NCBI GenBank assembly: GCA_023231475.1
Contig: JALJEE010002349.1
Coordinates: 1 to 64,000 of the forward strand
Length of the DNA: 64,000 nt
From: Seison nebaliae
Lineage: Eukaryota
Direction of reading: 5' to 3'
Position numbers and translations under genes: made by a program. Positions 54,046 to 64,000 of the stretch are shown here, in pieces. Each line of letters begins with the position of its first letter. The first letter of the stretch is position 1. The notes beneath the pieces are model-generated. The model ran no database searches and was not told the origin of the DNA. It saw nothing but the letters and a program-made list of their open reading frames with translations.

Positions 54046-57000
54046 TTATAAATTGAAATGTTCGTAACGTATTCCTTGCACCAGATAATTACCTGGGGGT
54101 CTCGTTCTCAATATTTTCACTCCACTTCGGGATTGATCTGACATTCACGAAATAATTTCAAATAAATTAATAAAGTCGAATGTTTAACGTGGATTAAATT
54201 GATTTTTCTCATTGAACTTCCCAAATTGAACGGGTAATTGATCCGATTTCTTTACTTTGAAAACCATGATTAACATATCATCTGGTTTCCGTTGACATAC
54301 CAGAGCCTGTTTAGTCAAAGCTTCCGCAATTTGGTTCGGCGATTGGCTACCCTAATCCGAGTAGAATTAAATGAATTTGCAAATTAATTGAATTAATTAA
54401 AACATATTTCTTCATTACTTCTTCCACTTCGTTATCGTACAAATTGTCATATAAACCATCAGTCGATATTATAACCACATCGTCTTGTTTTGCAGTAAAT
54501 TCATCAAAAGAAATATCATCCAAACTACGATGAATGAAAAAGAAATTAAAATGAAGCATTTTCAAAAATTTCAATATGAAACTTTATAGCCGAATATTTA
54601 ATACCTTGTTCCATCAGTTCACGATGCCATGGATAAATATCAACTTGTTTCGGACAATCGCCATTCTTTCCTTCTTCGAACGATTTGAAGATGATACCTT
54701 CATTTTGGCGATATACTCGGAAACCACTATCGCCTACATTCATTGTGCACAATTTACCAGTGTCCTGATTTAATGTGGCAACCGATAAAGTACAACTTCC
54801 TGTAAAAAAGAAAAAATTTTAAATAATTAATTTAAATAATAAAATTAAATATATAGACGAAAAATTATTAAAACCATGAACGGTTCCTTTATCCATGAGA
54901 ATTTTAAAGGAATGAAGTAAGAGTGATTTGGGATCATCTTTATGATATCCATGATGTTCGATAGCGTTCCCCATTTCTTTCATTAATTCTGAGGGGAAAT
55001 CCGCAGGATTAAATCCGATGTCAGCATTACCGCTGGCACCGTCAGCTATTCCCATAATAAAGCCATCTCGTGTATGAGCTAAATATCCGGCATCATCACC
55101 AAATATTCCTGTTTCGATATTGTAATTTCCCGGTTTGATGTTGTACTCATTTTTACCAATTCCACAAACACCAAATTCCGCTTGGAAATATTTTCCTTCA
55201 GGAACTGGTGGCAATGGTGTTGGTTGTGCAATTACACTATCGTTGTCATGACCACCCAGCAGAATTTTATTACGAGATTTCGATTTCTTTGTATTAGAAG
55301 ATCTTCGTTTCTTCTCTTTATAACCGATCGGCAACGGTGTTGATACTGTTGATGGTGTTGATATGGGAGTTTTCGGATTTTGATAATTTAAATTGGAAGA
55401 ATTATTATTAATCGATGACGTGTCATTTGTAGTTGCTGTAAAAGTGGATGAAGTGACAGTTGTCCTATTTGTCGTTGCTGTATTAGCTGTCGTATTTTCC
55501 ACCAAATTTCCAGTATCGTTCACGTAAAATTTTTGTTCCTCAGGCACTCGAGATTTGCCGTAGAGAATTCGGTTGTAAATTTTTTCATTTTCCGACATGG
55601 TCGTCGGAACGCCAATGTCCAATTTATTCATTTTCTTCACGATTTCTAAAGCATTGGCTATGGCATATGGATCTTCCGCTCCCGTTGTGTCACTGCGAAT
55701 AGTGAACTTCTTTCCGTCTTCTTCAAATTCGTGATTTGCCGTTGTTCGAATTTTTGAATAATCATGATTGATGGTATTTTCAATGGAAGTGTTATTAGTG
55801 GAATTATTGATTTTTGGAATATTATTTATTGAATTGACATTCAACTTATTCGTAACATTCTTCCCATAATTTTCTTGATAACTGTTGTCCATCGCAGTCT
55901 CATCTTTATTCTTATAAATTTCCTTATTGGAATTTATGAAATTTTGAATTGCCAAATTCGAATCATTATAAATATTATTTGTGATGTTATTGTTGGAAGA
56001 ATAATTGACATTATTCGTGAACGTTGACGTATCAAAATTTCCGTTATTTTGATAATCATAATTATTATTATTATTATTGTTATTCGTTATATTTGTTGAA
56101 TAAGATTGAGCATATCCATTTGATGAATTTTCATTTTGATAATTCGGAATATCATTACTACTATTATAATTAGAGATTGAATAATCATTTCCATAAGGAT
56201 CGGTATTACCGAATTGATGATTATCGTAATTAAAATTATTGCTGTTATTATAATTATTGTTATTATAATTATAATTATTGTTGTTGTTGTTATTGTAATT
56301 GTAGAAGTCGTCAGTAGATTGGCTTAACGCTCCGTAATTATTTGGATATGTATAATTATCGTTGTTGGATTGGTGAGACCATTGATTATCATAAAGATCT
56401 GTTTGATTTGTTTGATACATTACTTTATTTTGTACTGATGACGGATACGGTTTTCTTGATGACTTGCTACTCATTATATTCGACGAAGAATTATTAGGAG
56501 AATTATTCGACAATATTAATGATGTATTGTTATTTAATACATTAGTGAATTGTTTGGTCTCTCTTACGTAGCTCTCGATTTTTTCATTGGTAGCCGCTAT
56601 ATGTCCCTGAGATATCTTTTCATCATTATTATTCAACTGTATTGTCTTGTGGGAGAAAGGTTTGGATTGCTTGTGATATTGATTGTAGTCGAAATCCAAT
56701 TGAAGTTCTTCAATTTTCACATTATTATTCTTCTTCAACAACTTATTGTCAGTGTACAATGCGCTTTGAGGAGTTGAATTACCCGTATATTCTTTCCAAT
56801 AATTGTTGTTCATTAAATAATTTTTCGACATTTTCTTTTTGTGTGGTTTATTGAAACGTGACGAATTTTTACTCTTTAACTTTTTCTTATCAATCGGTGT
56901 CGTTGGTGTCGACAGGAAACTCTGCGTTGCGTTCTCATTTCTCGAAGTCGACGTTCCTTCTTTACCTTCGTAATGAATTATCGTACGGAAATAATCAGAT

Positions 57001-57695
57001 GCGGAAAATGAATTTTATGATATTTATCTATCTATCTCAATCATCGAATTACGAGCGTGGACACAATTTTCTCACATTCTCACTCAACAATCAGGCATTC
57101 TCGTTCAACACACACACATTCTTTGCACACGTCAATTCGTTTTCGTATCGAATTCAGATATCTTCTTATTATTGTCTACATTCTCATCTCATTCATTGTA
57201 CAAAATTAATTCAAATAATAATTCAAATAATTATTCAAGTAATAATTCAAATAATATTTTAAAATACCGTCAATTGAATTCGTCATAGCTTCATCGAATG
57301 GTTGAAATTGAGCTTGAATATTTTCATTGTAATTTCTCAATTCATCCGCTAAACTTCGGTCTCCATTGCTACTAATTGATGAGTAAACGACAATTAAAAG
57401 TATTAACAATCCGACAATTTAAATTATTGACAATTCGACAATTCAAATTATTGACAATTCGACAATTATCGATGAGAGATTTCGTCATCGAAAGATGATG
57501 AAATTTCAATTTAGAAATTATTTCTTCAATCACTAACTTAAAAATTGATGTACGGCCAAGATTGATATGATCGACATAAAAAGAATTCGAATGAATAACT
57601 GAATTGTTCGGATGATTTGCCCTGCCACCACCGGCATCAAATGCCAAATCGTTTGCCAGATCCTTCAAATAACTTGTATCTCTAATTGATGGCAT
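54046..57695 (-). CDS. PPTC7/PTC7-like PP2C phosphatase with a very long Asn-rich low-complexity N-terminal extension
   Basis: PP2C/PTC7 motifs FGDDAG, MGIADG, GSCT, NVGDSGF, STDGLYDNL and KPDD are rebuilt by splicing. Upstream exons from 57695 join in phase. The stop is at 54184 if unspliced, or at 54046 via one more GTT-AG intron. Confidence 0.8.
57207..57260. repeat. 12-bp tandem repeat (about 4 copies), intronic
   Basis: aattcaaataat-type unit repeated; gives the NYYL/QIII peptide repeats in the ORF track. Confidence 0.8.
57387..57468. repeat. 24-bp tandem repeat (about 3.5 copies), intronic
   Basis: Unit cgacaattcaaattattgacaatt repeated; gives NCRIVNNL repeats in ORF 57372-57695. Confidence 0.85.
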
Positions 57696-58314
57696 TCTGA
57701 CGTATCTCTAACTCATAATCTAATTTGAATTATAATGTGAACACAAGTAAATTGTGAGGAAGGAATATTAAACGAAATAATTTCAAATTTCTTAATTTTA
57801 ATAAGAATACGAAAGTGTTAGAAATGATCAAAGTGAACGATAAAATTGTTCATTCTCATCAAATTTTCAATAGTAGTATAGTTCGTTAAATCACTTTCCA
57901 TAACAGACTATACTACATTGACAAGGTGAGAACAGTATGCTCATATGACAAATTCAATGATGACACATTCTCACCTCCCATATCGCACTGTTACAACATC
58001 CATGTTAGTTAAGAGTTCTATTTGATTTGATAACAATGCTTCCCTTTTTCAATCTCTTCTTCAACATTTTACTTTCAATCGAATTTCATAGATTCGATCT
58101 GTTCAACTAAAATTTCTATTGTCTCAATAAGTAGACGAGTTTTAACTTCGACAAATTTGAAAGAAATTCAAATCACAATCTTTCATTCAACAATCTCTTT
58201 TGTAAACTGATGGTGATCGTGAGAATAATTACTCACTTTTCACTTCACATTCTCGTTATCAATAAAATTTATTATAATTCATCTCATTAAGTCTTTATAA
58301 AATTATCAAAGAAA

Positions 58315-61300
58315 TTATCTGTATGAACTCTTACTTATTGCATTGCGAGATCGAAGTTGTTGTTTGATAACCGGAACTTGAAGATCCTGTTTCTTCAAAC
58401 GATATTGTCGTTGTTTATGCCTCTCTATTCTCTCCTCATTCATCTGTTCATTATTCTTATTTACAACCAACACATTATGAGCCTTCTTATACCGATTATC
58501 TAATAATTCTGCTGGTAAATTGAAATGATTCAATGTCGAATGAGACATCAAATCATTTTGCTGTGTCTTCTTCCCTTGTAATTTCTGGCGAAGGAACGTA
58601 TCTGAATCCGAATTAAACTACACAAACAAAATTGAATCATAATTCAATCAAATTAATAATGACCTTATCATAGTGATTAAGATTGGGTAGTTTTTGCGGA
58701 CCTTGTTTCGATTTGTACAATTTCAAGTTATTATCTATTCATCATCATCATGATTCAATTTAGATTACTATTTTGATAATCAACAAAAGTAGAACTTGGA
58801 CGTCCCATCGTCTCATTATTCGTCTTGTGATGAAGCATCATGTTCGTACTTGAACTCAACAGATTTCTCTTGAGATCATTATACTTTAATTTATCGTGTG
58901 ACTGTTTCTTTATAAATTTGAATGTATATTCCTTCGATTTCCGATTCTCTTTCGACTTGTTCAGCGATTTGCTTTTTAAGTCATTCGTTGGAAGATGGTA
59001 GACGGTCGACGAATTATCGTTACTCAGATCAGTGTTATTCAGAGAAATATTATGATCCATTATACTACTCTTGTTATCTATCATCATCATTCATTATGAG
59101 ATTTTAATCAAATAATTGAAAATTATCAAACCATCAAAATAATTGAAATATTGAGATTTGGTAGAGGTGGAACTGAAATCAAGATCCTTACTCGAATTAG
59201 CCAATAATTCCAATTCTCTCTCCCTCCGATTCTTCTCATCATTCAACGATTGAATGTCACTGTCGATCTGATTGAAATAATTCGATTTGTTTGCCCATGA
59301 ATCTGTATCGGAGTTCTGCAAATTATTATTGATCGATAATTTACTGTTTGTTAGACGATTACTTGGTGATTGTAATGCATTCATTAACGCTTTCGTATGA
59401 TCCGTTGGAATTGACACAACAATCGGATTGTTATTACTTTTACGTGACTTTGCACTTCTTTGTTTAACTTTCGACAATGTCCTTTGTTTTAACGACGATT
59501 CCGTTAAAAATTTATCTTCCATTGTCAATGAAGACTTTTCTTGTTTACTGTCACAAATACTACTACCCACTCCACTATCTTGTGTATTACTTAATGAATT
59601 ACTTATCGTTAGTGATTTCCTGCAAAAAAAATTTTAAAAAAAAATTTAATTTAAGAAAAATTTTTAATAATTAAACTTTTTTTTCAATACATCAAAGAAC
59701 GGATGTTGTAACGCTTTCGTGGCACTTATTCGACTAGCAAAATCATATTCTAATAATTCATGAATCAGTTCCAAGTATTGGGAGGTGATGGTGGATGGCA
59801 ACAGGTAACTGAATCCCTTACCTTCCACGTGATGGAAATTGAGGTCCATGCATCGTGTTTTACTTAATAAAAGCCTAATAGACATTTCGCATGAGCAAAA
59901 TTCAAATTAACTATTTAAGTTTGTTAAGAAATTTGGTGGACGGAGTGCCGAACACTTCATGAATTTTACCAATTTGATCCAATTCATTATTACCGGGAAA
60001 CATTGGACGGAGACTAAATTATAAATTATAAATAAATCAAAAATTTCAAATCTCAAAAAATTTTCACGAGTTTTCTAACGTTGTAATTTCGAACATAACA
60101 CAACCAATACTCCAAATATCCATTGGAAATGAATAACATCCATCAGTCAGAAGACATTCAGGTGCACGATACCTGCATGGGAAATATTCAATAAATCTTC
60201 ATTCACAATGTACTAACCATCTAGTCGAGATATATTCAGTATACGGATAACCCGCCGATATCTGTTTACACGATCCGAAATCTCCCAATTTCAACTTGTC
60301 ATTCGTCTGACGAATTTTCGTGAGAAAAAAAAATGAAAAAAAATTTGCAATAAAAAAAAACATCTAATAAAATATTTTCAGGTTTTATATCGCGATGAAA
60401 TATTCCATGACGGTGCATATGATCCACTGCACTCACCAATTGATAAGTCAATTTCCTAATGGTTTTAATCGATAACAATGTATGTCTTTCTATGAATGAT
60501 GAAAGTTCGATATTGACATATGAAAATTGGAAATGAATTGAACTTCGTACAAATTCGTACAAATTCCGTTCCATTAATTCAAAAATGAGGTATAGAGTGC
60601 CATGTTTACGGTCGTAGATAACTTCATATAAATGCAAAATATTTGGATGTCCTCGCAATTGTTTCATTGCTTGAATTTCCCGCAATTGTTTCACCTGTTC
60701 CACACTTCAACCATTCCGAAAAGAGTTTTATGAAGTCAATTAAAAATTTTCGAAACTTTTCATATTTTTGCCTCATCCGTTTGCAAGCACAATAACTATT
60801 GCTAACGGTATTGTAACATTTGGAAACTTCGGAAAATGTACCATCTCCAATCTTTTCGATGACATTATATTCTTCAAGAAAACATGAAATTATTAATGAA
60901 ATTTTCAATTCGTATCATAATTTTTCCTCTTATTTATGAATTAGTCTAATGGAAGTAATTTGGAATGAATATCGTTCAAAAATCGATATCTATCAACTTT
61001 ATGATTAAGTTAAGAGAATGCTTTCCTTTGAAGACACTCTAACTACTTTCACTGTTATTCTTCCTACTAATTGTGTAGTGGACAGGAAGCTAAAATGAAA
61101 AATGAGTCATTTTTGGTCCATTCTCTCTCATTAGCAATTCTATCACTAACAAATTGAGAGTATTGTAAGAGACTAATACGTGACGGGATTATGGAAGAGA
61201 AACCTGAAATATTTAAATAAGATGACTTATTGAAATGTGCCTTATTCTCGTTCTTTAACAGATTCATATAAGAGCGCAAATAAACGTAGAAGATTTCCTC

Positions 61301-62143
61301 TACGTAATTGGAGAAGTTGAAAGAATTTTTTTTGCAGAAAGAATTAATAGAAGAAACTATTATTTTTGGTTAGTGGACAATCTTCAACGTGATGAAGAAT
61401 ATCATGATTTTCTGTGTATTATTAAGAGAAAATAAACATTCCAATGAAAATATAGAAGATGAAGAAGTAGATGATTTTGGTTAGAATAAACGGAATCTTC
61501 ATTCGACCTTCACTTCTCACTTTCTTTCCTGTAAAACAATCGATTTATTCATCTCCCTCATTCCCGATGTTATCGAGAAGCAAAATTTCCATTATAATAT
61601 TCTTGTAATCCTCATAGAACGAATGACGTTATCGCTTTCATATTCTTCCTTCCAATTCTTCTTCTTCTTCTTCTTCTTCTATTCAATCAAACTTTTTCTT
61701 CAATTCCAAAACCATTTTCACAATAGAATACAATTAAACGAATAACGCGAAATAATGAAAATCAAACACTTACAACCGAACAAATATATTCATTATTCAC
61801 GCAATCCTCCTACTCCCTTATTTACCAATGTACACTTTAATCTTGTTGCTTATTTCGTTTCTGGTCTCCGCTATTTCCTCCTCATTTCACTTTCTCTACA
61901 GATCCTGATCAACTCTACCGAATTCATTAAAATTGAACTCAATTACTTAAGATAAAGACGGAAATTAAATCATAATTAATAATTGTATATTATACAATTA
62001 ATGAAGTAGCAAAATTCTGTTGAACGATTTTCGAACAGAATTTAAATTATCGATGAAAAATCTTAAATTTTTTTTCTTAATTCCTCACAGTTCATTGTCA
62101 GCTTCATTCATTTAATCAATCACTTACTTTACTAACTATCCAT
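58315..62143 (-). CDS. MOK: MAPK/MAK/MRK overlapping kinase (MOK/RAGE), about 12 coding exons, first coding exon only 7 nt
   Basis: MDKYNVIEKIGDGTFSEV, LREIQAM, FHRDIKPENILL, LKLGDFGSC, YTEYISTRWYRAPECLLTDG and FPGNNELDQIGKIH match MOK. ATGGATA|gttagt at 62143-62137 splices in frame to 60871. A long low-complexity tail follows the kinase domain. Confidence 0.9.
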
Positions 62144-62860
62144 AATTGTCTTCATTTCTTCCACCATCAATCGTTACCGGATTGTGATATATTGGACGAG
62201 GAAACGAGTGAGAACCAAAATAATCATTTAATGATTTAATACAAAAAATTTTATGGCGACTATTCTCCATTTCTTTCTTTTTCGCTCTAAGGTGTTTTTC
62301 TTTCATTGTTTTTATTTTAATTTGAATCGACAAGAAAACTTATCTAGAATACTATCATCCATCTCAATAATTATTTAGGGAGAACAAGGTCAACCTAATA
62401 ATAATTCGCCTCCAGGTTCCCCTATTACAAAACGCACTATATGCCATATCTCGAAGAATTCCAATTAAAAAGGATTGGTTGGATACATTGTATGTTGGAC
62501 AACAATTCCTTCATTTGACATGTGTAACGATTATTAAAGAAATTTCATTTTATTATAATAAATTTTAATTTTCAATTTATTTATTTTGATTATCAAATTT
62601 TAGTTCAATTCATATTGTTATTAAGAACTAATCTCGTTTATTATTGGAAATCGATTAAATTTTCTTTTTTAATCACTTAAATTAAATTGATGGAAAACAA
62701 GTTCATAAGTCGTGTGAACATTGTCGTCAAAATTAGATAACAGTTATTACTATAGTTATAAGTAACTTGAAATTAATTTGAATGAATTAGGAAGAAAAAA
62801 GAAAATGTAAAATATTTCAATTTAAATTTTAAGTTTCTTTCTAAAAAATTTTGACTAAAA
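62144..62860. promoter_or_regulatory. Short divergent intergenic region between MOK and SUGT1 (probable bidirectional promoter plus 5' UTRs)
   Basis: Head-to-head start codons about 720 bp apart, with an AT-rich core. Confidence 0.4.
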
Positions 62861-63724
62861 ATGGTGAAATTGACGGAATTAATCGAAAAAAAGTTTTCTT
62901 TTCTAGAATATTCTTCTCATCTGTGAACTGAAATTTTCAGATTAAAATTCTCTCAGACAAATGAAGAATTCACCGTTGAATTGCCTTTTGACGACATTCC
63001 AAAGAATGACTTAAAAATAAAATGTCGAACAGATCAAGTTTTTTCTGAAATTTCATTTTTCCATTACATAAATTCAATTAGATTGAAATTATTAATTTGG
63101 GAACGGAAGAACGAAAAATTTTAAAGTTGTGGGAAGAGATCGATCAATCGTCTGTGCAAATTGAAAAGACAGAAAAAGAAGTTTTTTTCTACAAATATTT
63201 AAAGTCTCGAAAATTCTCTCGAATCTTTCGACTATTAGGTGAAAATTAGTGGTAAAAAGAAAAGTGGTGGGTTATGGGAATCTTTAGAAAGTTTCATTTT
63301 GAATTCAAAACTCTATTAAATTGGATGAATTTTAAAAGAAACGAATACTGAAAAGGCCACTATAAAATCGATGGATTATGATAAATTCAATAAAATGGCA
63401 AAAGAGATAGAGAAGGAGGAAGAGACAGAAACAGGTGAAGGAGATGAAGCTTTGACAAAGTTTTTTTCTTCTTTTTTCGATTCTTTTAAAATTTTTGTTA
63501 AAGAATGTTTCGTAAAATTTATGCAGATGGATCTGATGAACAAAAGAAGGCAATTCTTAAATCATTTGTTAACAAGATTGTTTTGAAGATTTCTTGATAA
63601 TTTTCTAATTGTTTAGAGTGAGTCTGGTGGGACTGTTTTGAGCACAAATTGGAATGAAGTAAAGAATGATAAAGTGGAAGTGAAACCGCCAGATGGTATG
63701 GAATATAAAGAATGGGAGAAATAG
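62861..63724 (+). CDS. SUGT1: SGT1 co-chaperone (CS + SGS domains, no TPR), 7 exons
   Basis: The spliced product contains a CS-like region ([30 protein letters not shown]) and the SGS signature [56 protein letters not shown]. Six introns, all GTT-AG. Confidence 0.93.
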
Positions 63725-64000
63725 TTTATTGTGGTAATTAATATGAATAATAATGAATGAAACAGAAATTTTATAAAATAAAATTTAAAACGAATTTTTT
63801 AATTTAAATTTTTTGGCTTTTACTCAAAATTTTTTAAATTATTTTCTTGTTTTTCTCGAAACAACAACATTTTCAACGTCAACATAAAATGGATTGTGAA
63901 GTAATTGATTTGTTTCCTTCTGATATAATTGGTTTTAATTAAATTTAATGTAAAAATTTGAAATAAATTCTCCGAAAGAATTTCTCATTACTCGACGGTT

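Noticed and set aside
54085..54165. U1 snRNA-like sequence (ataattacctggggg ... ttttcactcc ... ataattt)
   Set aside because: It lacks the stem-loop I U1-70K site, a proper Sm site and the 3' stem. The same bases read as an in-frame last exon of the PP2C gene on the minus strand (HQSRSGVKILRTRPPGNY..).
57387..57468. Similarity of the 24-bp repeat (gacaattcg) to the MITE subrepeat at 203-431
   Set aside because: Only a 9-bp match with no inverted partner or TSD; likely chance.
60872..60918. Apparent non-canonical GA-AG first intron of MOK after ATGATAC
   Set aside because: A better start exists at 62143 with a normal gttagt donor in the same phase.

Overview
AT-rich, gene-dense eukaryotic (metazoan, invertebrate-type) genomic DNA with many very short spliceosomal introns, mostly about 41-75 nt. 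A compact-genome spiralian such as a syndermatan is plausible but cannot be verified from sequence alone. Left to right: a Mutator-like MITE with a 9-bp TSD and a decayed FLYWCH/MULE transposon with long repeat-containing TIRs; a coiled-coil + CBM48 glycogen-binding protein; TXNL1 and XPO1 head-to-head; a ~23-kb jitterbug/FLN-2-type filamin gene with no visible CH domain and a ~14-kb in-frame skippable block; a hypothetical gene; a TMEM272-like gene; a secreted 10xEGF + chitin-binding protein; a type II EGF serine protease; a small hidden gene; a DEG/ENaC channel; a PPTC7-like phosphatase with a huge Asn-rich extension; MOK kinase; and a TPR-less SGT1. The most striking window-wide signal is the splice code: 48 of 51 hand-traced introns in eight genes start with GTT rather than the usual GTR, most lack +5G, and 12 of 51 end in AAG, which suggests a lineage-specific change in splice-site recognition. 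All exon structures were traced by hand and need RNA-seq confirmation.
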